A stretch of DNA of 64,000 nucleotides from an uncultured delta proteobacterium (GCA_963848565.1 CAWKEQ010000027.1:16323-80322); one strand, 5' to 3'. Numbered from the stretch's first letter, positions 1 to 9,583 are shown. A program made the numbers and translations. Notes: generated by a model from the letters alone, not told the origin.

Positions 1-1
1 T

Positions 2-665
2 TCCTTGATCCTGGATGGTCTGGACGGCCGCATCGCCCGAATGACCAAGACCACCTCCGGCTTCGGGGTGCAATACGATTCTCTGGCGGATCTGGTGGCC
101 TTTGGGGTGGCCCCGGGCATCCTGGCCTACCTCTGGGCCTTAAAAGATTTCAAGCAGTTCGGCTGGGCCGCGGCCTTTCTGTTCGTGGTCTGCGGGGCCC
201 TGAGACTGGCCCGCTTCAACGTCCAGCAGGGTTCTTTCGACCCCGCGTTATTTCAACGGCCTGCCTATCCCGGCTGCCGCCATGATGGTGGCCACTACGG
301 TGGCGTTTTACCATGAGATGGGCGAAATGGCTCCCCAGGGCTCCCGGTTCATCCTGGTGATGATGTACGTCCTGTCCTTCCTCATGGTAAGCAATATCAA
401 ATACATCAGCTTCAAAAAGGTGGAACTCTTCCGGCGCCACCCTTTCCATTCCCTGGTAGGTCTGGTCTTGGTTTTCGTGGTGGTGGCCACTGCTCCCAAT
501 ATTGTGGGTTTTTTTCTCCTGGCGGCTTATGTGGCCTCGGGGCCCATAAGCACTATTATTTATAATCGCCGGGCCGCGTTGGCGCCTAAGGGAGAAAGCG
601 ACATCCCGCCCCCGAAGCTTACCAACTCCCAGGGTTTGGACCCGGGAGGCGGGGGCGAGGCCTGA
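2..665 (+). CDS. pssA: CDP-diacylglycerol--serine O-phosphatidyltransferase; 5' end cut by the window edge; apparent 1-nt frameshift near 241-245
   Basis: The CDP-alcohol phosphatidyltransferase motif ([32 protein letters not shown]) is in the frame of ORF 5..316. The conserved continuation [18 protein letters not shown] and the TM-rich C-terminus are in the frame of ORF 282..665. The switch maps to the C4 run at 241-244. Confidence 0.85.
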
Positions 666-836
666 AAGCCGGCCTGATTGACTGCACCTAGATTCCCTGT
701 CCCCCATGTCGGTTTCCCAGGTTGCTTGCTCATGGCCATTTTCCATCTTCTCTATGGGTAATTTAGGTGCCGGCCCGGCAGGCGGGAGGGGGCCTCAGGC
801 TCCCCCGGGAACGCATCGCTTTGGTAGCTGCGAAGC

Positions 837-1952
837 ATGAGGTCTATTTTTTTTAGCATTATCGGGGTGCTCTGCGGTTTTCTGGTGGCCTTGGCCCTGG
901 CCGAAGTGGCCGTGAGGCTCATCAGTCCCCAGGAGGTGGGGCCGGTGCGGTTCGCCTGCAACCCCGAACTGGGGGAGATTCCCGTGCCCGGCCAGCAGGG
1001 AGAGCGCCGCATCCCCGGGGTGTATTCCTTCCGGTACAGCAACAATTCCCTCGGGTGGCGCGGCCGCCGGGAATACCGGGAGGCGAAGCGGACCGATTAC
1101 CGGGTGCTCGTGCTGGGCGATTCTTTTATGTACGGGACCGGCGTCAATGACGACCAGACCTTTGCCGCCCAGGTCGAGAAAGACTTGAGCGCCAGCCAGA
1201 TGTCCGTGGAAGTGATGAACGCCGGCTGTCCCGGCAAAGGCACCGATTATGCGTTGAAGTGTTTCCAGACCGTGGGGCGTAAATTTCACCCCGACCTCAC
1301 GGTTTTGGGCTTTTTTGCCAACGATTTTCAGGACAACGCCCGGGGTGAGTATTATAATATCGGCAAGCGGGGGGACCTCAGGGTCAAACCCCTGGACTGC
1401 CGCCGGGGCGGCATAAAAGCCGTGCTTGACCGTCTGCCCGCTTACAACTGGCTGCTTTCCTGGTCTCAGGCGGCCAATTTGATCAAGCAGGCGGGCGTTA
1501 AGGTGCTGGTTGACCGGGCCCGTAAGACTGACCCTGACGCCGCCCGGGGCTTGGTGGTGACCTATTCCCGGAGTGCCAGCGGCTATGCCACCGCAACTAA
1601 TCGGGAAATGACCGCAATCTATCTCGGGCAACTGAACGCCGCAGTGAAACAGGCCGGCGGGGCGCTGATGATGTTTTATATTCCCCTTTCCCAGGAAGTG
1701 CTGGAGTATCGCCAGAACCGGACAATCTCCCCGGATGAGCGGGCGATTCAGCGTATCGCCGCGCAAAACGGCCTGACGCTGTGGTCCTTGACCCCCTTGT
1801 TGGCCCACTCGGGCCAATCTATCGATCGCTTATACTATTCAGAAGGTCATTGGACCGCCGCGGCGCATGCCATCGCGGCCCGCTACCTGAGCCGGCTCAT
1901 CCAAAGCGGACTGGTGCGGGACCGCCAGCCGATTAAGACCAGCAGGGAATAA
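837..1952 (+). CDS. SGNH/GDSL-family hydrolase with N-terminal membrane anchor
   Basis: N-terminal hydrophobic helix (IFFSIIGVLCGFLVALALA). Block I motif VLVLGDSFMYGTGV is typical of the SGNH family. Confidence 0.7.
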   Translation: MRSIFFSIIGVLCGFLVALALAEVAVRLISPQEVGPVRFACNPELGEIPVPGQQGERRIPGVYSFRYSNNSLGWRGRREYREAKRTDYRVLVLGDSFMYGTGVNDDQTFAAQVEKDLSASQMSVEVMNAGCPGKGTDYALKCFQTVGRKFHPDLTVLGFFANDFQDNARGEYYNIGKRGDLRVKPLDCRRGGIKAVLDRLPAYNWLLSWSQAANLIKQAGVKVLVDRARKTDPDAARGLVVTYSRSASGYATATNREMTAIYLGQLNAAVKQAGGALMMFYIPLSQEVLEYRQNRTISPDERAIQRIAAQNGLTLWSLTPLLAHSGQSIDRLYYSEGHWTAAAHAIAARYLSRLIQSGLVRDRQPIKTSRE

Positions 1953-2012
1953 CTTGCCTAACCGCAGGGGCGGTGAGCCCACTGTCCCTGCAAAAAATAA
2001 AAGGGTTTTCTC

Positions 2013-3572
2013 ATGGCACACAAAGTTTTTATCTTCGATACGACCCTGAGGGACGGGGAACAGACTCCCGGCGCCAACCTCAACGTGGACGAAAAACTGC
2101 AGATAGCCCGGCACCTGGAACTCCTAAACGTGGATGTCATCGAAGCCGGTTTCCCCTTTTCTTCCCAGGGGGATTTCGAGGCGGTCCGGGCGGTGGCCCG
2201 GGAAATCCGGGGACCGCAGATCGCCGGCCTGGCCCGGGCTTTTCCGGCGGACATCGACGCCTGCTGGGAGGCCGTCAAGGAGGCCACCGATCCCCGGATC
2301 CACACCTTTATTTCCACCTCCGACATCCACCTGAAGCACCAGATGCGGAAGTCCCGGGAAGAGGTCCTGGAAATGGCGGTGGCCGCGGTGAAGTACGCCT
2401 GCCGCTACACCTCCAACGTGGAGTTTTCGGCTATGGACGCCTCCCGGAGCAATCTGGATTACGTGGTCCAGGTTTTTTCCGCGGTCATCGAGGCGGGGGC
2501 CACCACCCTGAATTTCCCGGATACGGTAGGCTACGCCATCCCCGAGGAGTTCGGGGCCAAGATCAAGTACCTGGTGGAGCACATCCCCAACCTCCACAAG
2601 GCCATTCTCTCGGTCCATTGCCACAACGACCTGGGGCTGGCCGTGGCCAACACCCTGGCCGCAGTCAGTAACGGGGTGCGTCAGGTGGAAGTGACCATCA
2701 ACGGCCTGGGGGAACGGGCCGGCAACGCCTCCCTGGAGGAGGTGGTGATGGCTCTGGCCACCCGGAACGACCTGCTGGACTATTACACGGACATCGTTAG
2801 CCAGTACATCTATCCCACCAGCCGTCTGACCAGCAAACTGTCCGGGGTGCCGGTGCAGCCCAACAAGGCCATCGTCGGGGCCAACGCCTTTGCCCACGAG
2901 TCCGGGATTCACCAGGACGGGGTGCTCAAGGAAGCCAGCACCTTTGAGATCATGACCCCCACCACCGTGGGCATCAAGAAGAGCACCATGCCCCTGGGGA
3001 AACTCTCGGGCCGCCACGCCTTCAAGAACAAGCTCCGGGAGATGGGCTTCTACCTGAACGATGAAGAGCTGAACCGGGTCTTTACCCGCTTCAAGAGCCT
3101 GGCGGACCGCAAAAAGACCGTGTTTGACGAGGACCTGGTTAGCCTGGTGGAGACCGAGGTTATCTATAAGTCGGTGCCGGAACACTTCAAGCTGATGGAA
3201 CTCGTGGTGCTTGCCGGGACCATGGCCCGGCCCTCGGCTAACGTCAAAATGGAGGCCGGCGGCCAACTGGTGGGGCCCTACTCGGTGTTCGGTGACGGCC
3301 CCATTGACGCCACCTACAAGGCCATCACCCACCTGGCCGGGTCCAAGTGCACCCTGCTCAAGTTTGTGGTGAGTTCCATCACCGGCGGCACTGATGCCCA
3401 GGGTGAGGTGGCGGTGCGCCTGGAAGAGGGCGGCCACGTGGTCACCGGCCAGGGCGTGGACCCGGACGTGGTCACCGCCAGCGCCCGGGCCTTTATCAAC
3501 GGCCTCAACCGGCTCCACTTCCTGAAGGAGGGAGGGCCGGCCCAAAAGGGTCCCAAGCCGGAAGAAATATAA
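2013..3572 (+). CDS. leuA: 2-isopropylmalate synthase
   Basis: N-terminus VFIFDTTLRDGEQTPGA, HCHNDLGLAVAN and a C-terminal LeuA dimerisation/regulatory region; length 519 aa. Confidence 0.95.
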   Translation: MAHKVFIFDTTLRDGEQTPGANLNVDEKLQIARHLELLNVDVIEAGFPFSSQGDFEAVRAVAREIRGPQIAGLARAFPADIDACWEAVKEATDPRIHTFISTSDIHLKHQMRKSREEVLEMAVAAVKYACRYTSNVEFSAMDASRSNLDYVVQVFSAVIEAGATTLNFPDTVGYAIPEEFGAKIKYLVEHIPNLHKAILSVHCHNDLGLAVANTLAAVSNGVRQVEVTINGLGERAGNASLEEVVMALATRNDLLDYYTDIVSQYIYPTSRLTSKLSGVPVQPNKAIVGANAFAHESGIHQDGVLKEASTFEIMTPTTVGIKKSTMPLGKLSGRHAFKNKLREMGFYLNDEELNRVFTRFKSLADRKKTVFDEDLVSLVETEVIYKSVPEHFKLMELVVLAGTMARPSANVKMEAGGQLVGPYSVFGDGPIDATYKAITHLAGSKCTLLKFVVSSITGGTDAQGEVAVRLEEGGHVVTGQGVDPDVVTASARAFINGLNRLHFLKEGGPAQKGPKPEEI

Positions 3573-3576
3573 GCAG

Positions 3577-3830
3577 CAGTAGCCAGTAGTCAGTTGTCAG
3601 AAAAAGATAACCGGCTGCGGGCTCCTGGCTTTGCCCTCATAACAACATGAGACCTCTGTGGAAAGCCATCTTGTCATCCTGAGCGGAGCGAAGGATCTCG
3701 GATTTATGAGATTCTTCGGTCGCTCCGCTCCCTCAGGATGACAGGTTAGGGGACTTTCGCAGAGGTCTCAACATGGTTGCCAGTGGTCGGAGAAGGATTA
3801 CTGGCCACTGGCAACTGACTACTGACTACT
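3577..3830. repeat. Nested imperfect palindrome filling the leuA-leuC spacer
   Basis: Three concentric arm pairs: cagtagccagtagtcagttgtcag (3577-3600) with ctggcaactgactactgactact (3808-3830); gagacctctgtggaaagcc (3649-3667) with ggactttcgcagaggtctc (3751-3769); tgtcatcctgagcggagcg (3672-3690) with cgctccgctccctcaggatgaca (3721-3743). Confidence 0.85.
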
Positions 3831-3835
3831 ATCCT

Positions 3836-5113
3836 ATGGAGTCAACAATGTCCAAACCGCAAACCATTACCCAAAAAATTCTCGCCGCGCACTGCGGCAA
3901 AGATTACGTTGAACCCGGTGAGCTGATCATGGCCCGGGTGGATATCGCCCTGGGCAACGACATCACCGCGCCCCTGGCCATCAAGGATTTTCACAAGGTG
4001 GGGGCCAAACATGTTTATGACCGGTCCCGCGTGGTCCTGGTCTGCGACCACTTCGCCCCCAACAAGGATATCGCTTCGGCCATCCATTGCCAGCAACTGC
4101 GCGATTTTGCCAAGGACCAAGACCTGACCCATTTTTACGACGGCGGGAACATGGGGGTTGAGCATGCCCTGCTCCCGGAACAGGGGATTGTAGGCCCCGG
4201 GGACGTGGTTATCGGCGCCGACAGCCACACCTGCACCTATGGGGCCCTGGGGGCCTTTGCCACCGGAGTGGGTTCCACCGACCTGGCCGCGGTCATGGTC
4301 ATGGGTGAGAGCTGGTTCAAGGTGCCGGACAGTATCCGCCTGGTGTACCACGGCAAGCTGCCCCTCTGGGTGACCGGCAAGGACCTGATCCTCCACACCA
4401 TCGGTGATATCGGGGTGGACGGGGCCCGGGCCCTGGCCATGGAGTTCACCGGAGAGGCCATCAAGTGGCTGCCCATGGCGGACCGGTTTTCCATGGCCAA
4501 CATGGCCGTGGAAGCCGGGGCCAAAAACGGCATCATGGCCCCGGATGAAATCACCCTGGACTATGTCAAGGGCCGGACCCTGAGACCCTATACCCTGTAC
4601 GACAGCGACCCGGGGGCGCCGTACCTGTTTGAGAAGACCTACGATGTCAGCGGCCTCGAGCCCCAGGTGGCCTGCCCGTCCTCCCCCGGCAACGTCGTGC
4701 CGGTATCCCGGGTGGGGGACGTAGCCATCGATCAGGCGGTGATCGGCTCCTGCACCAACGGCCGTATTGACGACCTGCGTCTGGCCGCCAAGGTTCTGAA
4801 AGGCCGCCGGGCGGCCAAAGGCGTGCGCCTCATCGTCATCCCCGCCACGCCCCTGGTGTGGCGCCAGGCCATGGACGAGGGCCTGACGGCTATCTTCATG
4901 GATGCCGGGGCGGTGATCAGCCCGCCGACCTGCGGACCCTGTCTGGGCGGGCACATGGGCATCCTGGCCCCGGGCGAGACGGCCATTGCCACCACCAACC
5001 GGAATTTTGTGGGGCGCATGGGCCATACGAAATCCAATGTTTACCTGTCCAGCCCGGCAGTGGCGGCGGCCTCCGCCGTGGCCGGGCGCATCGTGAGCCC
5101 CAAAGACTTGTAG
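3836..5113 (+). CDS. leuC: 3-isopropylmalate dehydratase large subunit (aconitase-fold, short type)
   Basis: MSKPQTITQKILAAH, aconitase Fe-S ligand regions (GADSHTCTYGA, GSCTNGR, CGPCLG). ATG at 3836 or 3848; the longer 3773 start runs into the palindrome. Confidence 0.9.
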   Translation: MESTMSKPQTITQKILAAHCGKDYVEPGELIMARVDIALGNDITAPLAIKDFHKVGAKHVYDRSRVVLVCDHFAPNKDIASAIHCQQLRDFAKDQDLTHFYDGGNMGVEHALLPEQGIVGPGDVVIGADSHTCTYGALGAFATGVGSTDLAAVMVMGESWFKVPDSIRLVYHGKLPLWVTGKDLILHTIGDIGVDGARALAMEFTGEAIKWLPMADRFSMANMAVEAGAKNGIMAPDEITLDYVKGRTLRPYTLYDSDPGAPYLFEKTYDVSGLEPQVACPSSPGNVVPVSRVGDVAIDQAVIGSCTNGRIDDLRLAAKVLKGRRAAKGVRLIVIPATPLVWRQAMDEGLTAIFMDAGAVISPPTCGPCLGGHMGILAPGETAIATTNRNFVGRMGHTKSNVYLSSPAVAAASAVAGRIVSPKDL

Positions 5114-5253
5114 GGTGGGGCCGGCAGTTTGGGGCGGGGACAGCACGGCGACCACCGAAAGATGACGTCAGAGAACGAATCCGGCCTAACATTTATCCAA
5201 GGAAAAGGTCTAATCATTAAAGGATGTTAAAAATCCTCGACTTTTTACTATAA

Positions 5254-5550
5254 ATGTGTCATCTTCTGGATCAACCTAAGGTGGGGTGCCAGGAGCTCTG
5301 CGAGGGTACGGGCTTGAAAAACTGGAGAATACATCGGTGGGCGCCGTGGGTATTAGCAGCGATAGTGCTGGTATCGGGTTGCTCCGGGGTCTTGTTCGAG
5401 TCGAAGCAAGAAAGCGGCACGACGGAATCCCTGAAGCTGGACACCGGGGAAGACTGGGCCAGTTACGATACCCATCCGCGTTATCCCTATGACAAGAAAA
5501 GCAGCAATGATGAAATGAGCATTATGCTGAAGAGTATCAGAACTTTTTAA
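5254..5550 (+). CDS. Small lipoprotein, function unknown
   Basis: Signal peptide with lipobox (KNWRIHRWAPWVLAAIVLVSGC). Likely TTG start at 5314 preceded by gaggg. Lower GC than neighbours. Its stop overlaps the prmC stop on the opposite strand (TTAA). Confidence 0.5.
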   Translation: MCHLLDQPKVGCQELCEGTGLKNWRIHRWAPWVLAAIVLVSGCSGVLFESKQESGTTESLKLDTGEDWASYDTHPRYPYDKKSSNDEMSIMLKSIRTF

Positions 5551-6551
5551 CCGGGTTCGTCCCGGCGCCGGGCCCTGACCACCCGCTCCATGCCGCTGAA
5601 ATCTTTGACGGTCTCTAGCCGATCATAGGCCCCGGTGGCTTCCACCAGGGCAGCCACCCGGGGTGCTTGCCGATCCCCCACTTCCAGCAATACCCAGCCT
5701 CCCCCCCTAACATACTGCTGCGCCTGCCGGATCAGAGGCCGGATCAGGTCCAACCCGTCTTCGCCCCCCAACAGGGCCCCGGGGGGTTCAAACGCCTTGA
5801 TCTCCCTGGGGAGCTGTTCCCACTCCGCCCGGGGCACGTAAGGGAGATTGGCCACCAGCAGGGAAAAGGCCGCGCTGGGCTTGAGCCCGGCCAAAAGGTC
5901 CGACCGGAGGAAGTGGACGCGGTTTGCGACCCCATGCTGCCGGGCATTGGCCCGGGCCACGGCCAGGGCGCGGCCGGCGCGGTCCAGGCCCACCCAGGTC
6001 ATCCGGGGCAACTCCTGCGCCAGGGCGATGACTACCGCGCCGCTGCCGACGCCAACCTCCAGGCCCAAAAGAGAGGGGGTTTTCGGTTTTCGGTTTTCGG
6101 TTTCCGGTTGGCTTTCTTCACGGCCCGTACCTTGGGGCGCAGTTTTGGGCTCGCCCGTGGGAGCGGGTTGCAACCCCTCCCCTCCATTTTCTTTCCCGAA
6201 ATCTCTCGCCGCCTCCAGGGCCGCGGCCACCAGGGTCTCGGTTTCGGGGCGGGGGATCAGCACCGCCGGGGTCACCTGAATATCCAGGGACCAGAACTCC
6301 CGGTGGCCGGTGAGATAGGCCACCGGTTCGCCTTCCCGGCGCCTGACCATCAGGGCCTTGAAGCGGGCCAGTTCGTCGGCATTGAGGGGTTGATCGTAGC
6401 GCAGATAGAGGTCCAGGCGGCTGACGCCCAGGGTGTGGGCCAGGAGAATTTCGGCGGAGGCCCTGGGTTCCGGGACCCCTTTGGCGCCGAAATAGTCGGT
6501 GGTCCATCGGAGGATTGCCAGGATGGTCCAGGAGGCTTGGGGGCCGGACAT
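5547..6551 (-). CDS. prmC: Release-factor glutamine N5-methyltransferase carrying an in-frame low-complexity insertion
   Basis: HemK/PrmC N-terminal domain, SAM motif LEVGVGSGAV, and NLPY in place of the canonical NPPY catalytic motif. Directly follows prfA. An extra segment of about 40-45 aa (GKENGGEGLQPAPTGEPKTAPQGTGREESQPETENRKPKTPS) precedes motif I. Confidence 0.9.
   Translation of the reverse strand: MSGPQASWTILAILRWTTDYFGAKGVPEPRASAEILLAHTLGVSRLDLYLRYDQPLNADELARFKALMVRRREGEPVAYLTGHREFWSLDIQVTPAVLIPRPETETLVAAALEAARDFGKENGGEGLQPAPTGEPKTAPQGTGREESQPETENRKPKTPSLLGLEVGVGSGAVVIALAQELPRMTWVGLDRAGRALAVARANARQHGVANRVHFLRSDLLAGLKPSAAFSLLVANLPYVPRAEWEQLPREIKAFEPPGALLGGEDGLDLIRPLIRQAQQYVRGGGWVLLEVGDRQAPRVAALVEATGAYDRLETVKDFSGMERVVRARRRDEPG
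6078..6109. repeat. Tandem heptamer repeat (GGTTTTC x3, GGTTTCC, GGTT) inside the prmC coding sequence
   Basis: Read directly: ggttttcggttttcggttttcggtttccggtt. Encodes ETENRKPKT on the minus strand. Confidence 0.9.
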
Positions 6552-7625
6552 TTACGCCTGGGCCAGAGTCTGGGTGCGATAGTAAGCGATCAAGGCATGG
6601 AGAAGTTCATCCATGTCGCCATCCAGGGTGGCTTCCATCTTAAGGCCATGGATTGAATGGCCGATTCGATGGTCGGTGATTCTGGATTGCGGAAAATTGT
6701 AGGTGCGGATGCGCTCACTCCGGTCCCCGGTGCCCACCTGGCTCTTGCGCTCCTGGGCGATCTGCTGCTGCTGTTCCTGCTGTTTCAGGTCGAACAGCCG
6801 GGACCGGAGCACCTTGAGGCCCTTGGCCTTGTTTTTATGCTGGGATTTTTCATCCTGGCAGGAGACCACCAGGCCCGTGGGCAAGTGGGTGATGCGCACC
6901 GCCGAATCCGTGGTGTTGACGCTCTGGCCTCCGGGGCCGGAGGACCGGAAGACATCGATGCGCAGTTCTTCGGGGTTGATCTGGACGTCCACCTCTTCGG
7001 CCTCAGGCAGGACGGCCACCGTCACCGCAGAGGTGTGAATCCGCCCCTGGGACTCCGTCGCCGGGACCCTCTGGACCCGGTGCACCCCGCTTTCGTATTT
7101 GAGCTGGCTGTAGACCTGGTCACCGGAGATGGAGGCGATAATTTCCTTGAGGCCGCCGATGCCGGTGGCGGAGTGGCTGAGGATTTCGAGCTTCCAGCCC
7201 TTGCGCTCGCACAGGCGGGTGTACATCCGGAAGAGGTCGGCGGCGAAGAGGCCGGCTTCCTCGCCCCCGGTGCCGGCCCGGATCTCCAGGATGACGTTCT
7301 TGTCATCGTTGGGGTCCTTGGGCAGCAACAGGAAGCGGAGTTCTTCCTCTAAGCGCTCGGCCTGCTCCTTGAGAACCTGGACCTCCTCCCGGGCATAAGC
7401 CTTCATCTCCTCGTCGGTCTCTTCTTTAAGCAGGGTCTGGTTTTCCGCCAGCTCTTTGTCCACCTGCTGATAGCGCCGGAAGATCTGGATCACCGGCGCC
7501 AGGTCGGCGTGTTCCTTGCGATATTTGTGGTACAGGTCCTGGTTCTTGATGACCTCGGGGTCGGTCAGGGCGTCTTCCAGTTCCTGGTAACGATTTTCCA
7601 GGGATTCCAAGCGGTCGGTAATCAT
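6552..7625 (-). CDS. prfA: Peptide chain release factor 1
   Basis: GGQ motif ([20 protein letters not shown]), PAT-type tripeptide anticodon region ([14 protein letters not shown]), 357 aa. Confidence 0.95.
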   Translation of the reverse strand: MITDRLESLENRYQELEDALTDPEVIKNQDLYHKYRKEHADLAPVIQIFRRYQQVDKELAENQTLLKEETDEEMKAYAREEVQVLKEQAERLEEELRFLLLPKDPNDDKNVILEIRAGTGGEEAGLFAADLFRMYTRLCERKGWKLEILSHSATGIGGLKEIIASISGDQVYSQLKYESGVHRVQRVPATESQGRIHTSAVTVAVLPEAEEVDVQINPEELRIDVFRSSGPGGQSVNTTDSAVRITHLPTGLVVSCQDEKSQHKNKAKGLKVLRSRLFDLKQQEQQQQIAQERKSQVGTGDRSERIRTYNFPQSRITDHRIGHSIHGLKMEATLDGDMDELLHALIAYYRTQTLAQA

Positions 7626-7818
7626 AGGGATATATCTGGCCGCCAGGGCGTTCGGTCCCGGCCGGCGATTCTCGAATTAGGGGAATTTATCTCAACATTT
7701 AAAGCTATTATAGAGTAAAACCTGGGTCACGGCAAGGGCAGGCGGCGGTTAACCAGCCGGCCAACGGGCGGATTATCGGAGGGATACTGGCCCGGCCACA
7801 ACTTTGCGGAACCAAAAG

Positions 7819-8727
7819 TTAGCCATAGGTAACAAGGTTGCGCCCCGCGGCTTGGCTCCGGTGCATCAGGCCTTCGGCCCGTTTAATCAAAGTTTCCGGG
7901 GTATCCGGCAGCCGGGCCAGGGTCACTCCCAGAGAAATGGTGACGTGGAGGGAGCAGTCCGGCAGGGCCACCCAGGCACTTTCCACCAGGACCCGCAGCC
8001 GCTCGGCGATGCTCATGATCTGGTCCTGGTCTTTCATCTTACTGATAACGCAGAGAAATTCTTCTCCTTCCGACCTGCCTATCAGGTCGAAGGAGCGGCA
8101 GTTTTTCAGGAGGGTCTGGGCCACCATTTTCAAAACCAGGTCGCCCGTCTGCTGGCCGAAGGTGTCGTTCATCTGCTTGAATCGGTCCACATCGACGAAA
8201 ATCACTCCGAAAAACCAGCCCAGGCGCCGGAATTCGTTGAATTTACCGACGATAAAGTGTTCCAGATAGGTGCGGTTGGCGACCTTGGTCAGCGCATCCA
8301 GGTAGGCCAGGTCTTCCAGTTCCTTGAGGTGCTCCAAGGCCGCGACGGTAGCGGAATTGTCCCGGAAGATCTCCACCGCTCCGATAATGTTCTGCTGATT
8401 GTCGGTAATGGGGGCGACCCCGATGGCCACGGGCAACCGGTGACCATCCTTGTGGTGGAGAAAAACCGTGGCAGACCGGGGCTGGCCGTCAAGCAGGGTA
8501 TAGGACAGGGGACAGGCCCCTTCGCAGAGGGAATTGCCGCGGTCGTCCACGTGGCGTAACAAGTTATCGGCGCAGCGCTGGCCCAGGACTTCCGCTTTGC
8601 TGAACCCGGTGATTCTCTCGGCGGCCTTATTCCACAGGGTAATCTGCCGGTCCCGGTCTACGAAATAGACCCCGTCATAGAGGTTGTCCAGCAGGGTGGC
8701 ATAGAAACTTGGGCTGATATCATCCAT
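7819..8727 (-). CDS. PAS-GGDEF protein with degenerate active site (EGEEF) and retained RxxD I-site
   Basis: N-terminal PAS (VYFVDRDRQITLWNKAAERITGF). The GGDEF domain carries RSFD-LIGRS-EGEEF. Confidence 0.8.
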   Translation of the reverse strand: MDDISPSFYATLLDNLYDGVYFVDRDRQITLWNKAAERITGFSKAEVLGQRCADNLLRHVDDRGNSLCEGACPLSYTLLDGQPRSATVFLHHKDGHRLPVAIGVAPITDNQQNIIGAVEIFRDNSATVAALEHLKELEDLAYLDALTKVANRTYLEHFIVGKFNEFRRLGWFFGVIFVDVDRFKQMNDTFGQQTGDLVLKMVAQTLLKNCRSFDLIGRSEGEEFLCVISKMKDQDQIMSIAERLRVLVESAWVALPDCSLHVTISLGVTLARLPDTPETLIKRAEGLMHRSQAAGRNLVTYG

Positions 8728-8734
8728 GAGTCTC

Positions 8735-9583
8735 TCAGCCTTCCGCCAGGCGGCGGATGATTTCCGGGATGGTGGCGGTGGCCAGGTGGGGCATGGAGCC
8801 CCCCGCCAGGACCACCAGGAGGGGGACTCCCAGGTCGGCGGCGGCCGTCAGCATCAGATCGCAAATGGTAAAGTAGGCTGTCTCGGAGAGGCCCAGGGAG
8901 CCGTAGTCATCCCGGTGGGTGTCGAAGCCGTAATACCAGATGAGCAGGTCCGGCTTGAACGGCGGGATCAAGGGCAGGTTCCGGCGCACCAGGTCGACGT
9001 ACTGGTCATCAGGATCTTCCCGCAAGTTCATCTGGTGGGCGTTGACATCCACCTTGGTGCCGTCGTCGCTGCTGAAATTGAGGCCGCAGAAACACAGGTG
9101 AAAGACCTCGGGGTCGTCCCGCACCAGTTGGCGGGTGCCGTCGCCGTGGTGGGCGTCGGTGTCCACGATGGCAAAGCGCCGCCAGGGGCTGATTTCCCGG
9201 GTGTGGGTCAGGGCGATGACCACGTCGTTGAAACAGCAGGCCCCCCAGAACTGGTGGTAGCCGGCGTGGTGGCCGCCGGCGCCGATGAAGCAGAAGGCCC
9301 GGTCGACTTCGCCTTTAGCCAAATCCGTCATGCCGGCCACCACGGAGCCCACGGACTCATACGCGGTGGAGCAGAAGCCGTCGGCGGCCACCAGGTCCAG
9401 CATCTCTGGGGCGTGGACCTTGAGGACGAGTTCCTCGGAGACCCGGGGGCTCTCGATCAGGCGCACGTTGGGCCGGGCCAGGAGCGGCGCTAAGGCCTCG
9501 GGAAAGTCCCGCAGCCGGTTGCCCACGGTCATGTAGCTCTTGCGGCTGAAGGAGGGATGGTAGTAGATGCCGATGGTTTTCAT
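8735..9583 (-). CDS. Histone deacetylase / acetoin-utilisation (arginase-deacetylase) family protein
   Basis: GAGGHHA, DTDAHHGDGT and GFDTHRDDYGSLGLS motifs. The usual GGGY is AGGS here. Lies 7 nt upstream of the GGDEF gene. Confidence 0.8.
   Translation of the reverse strand: MKTIGIYYHPSFSRKSYMTVGNRLRDFPEALAPLLARPNVRLIESPRVSEELVLKVHAPEMLDLVAADGFCSTAYESVGSVVAGMTDLAKGEVDRAFCFIGAGGHHAGYHQFWGACCFNDVVIALTHTREISPWRRFAIVDTDAHHGDGTRQLVRDDPEVFHLCFCGLNFSSDDGTKVDVNAHQMNLREDPDDQYVDLVRRNLPLIPPFKPDLLIWYYGFDTHRDDYGSLGLSETAYFTICDLMLTAAADLGVPLLVVLAGGSMPHLATATIPEIIRRLAEG

Noticed and set aside
795-1817. Long antisense ORFs opposite real genes (for example 795..1817, 2124..3545, 3842..5155, 28693..30294, 36929..38665, 40549..41475, 45069..46640, 55812..56618, 60485..60922)
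   Set aside because: High GC suppresses stop codons on the opposite strand. Their translations are low-complexity (G/R/P/H-rich) with no motifs, whereas the sense strand encodes well-recognised conserved proteins.
1958-2012. Hairpin gcaggg...ccctgc followed by an A-run, upstream of leuA, as a terminator or leucine leader attenuator
   Set aside because: No U-tract follows the stem on the plus strand, and I could not identify a Leu-rich leader peptide ORF.
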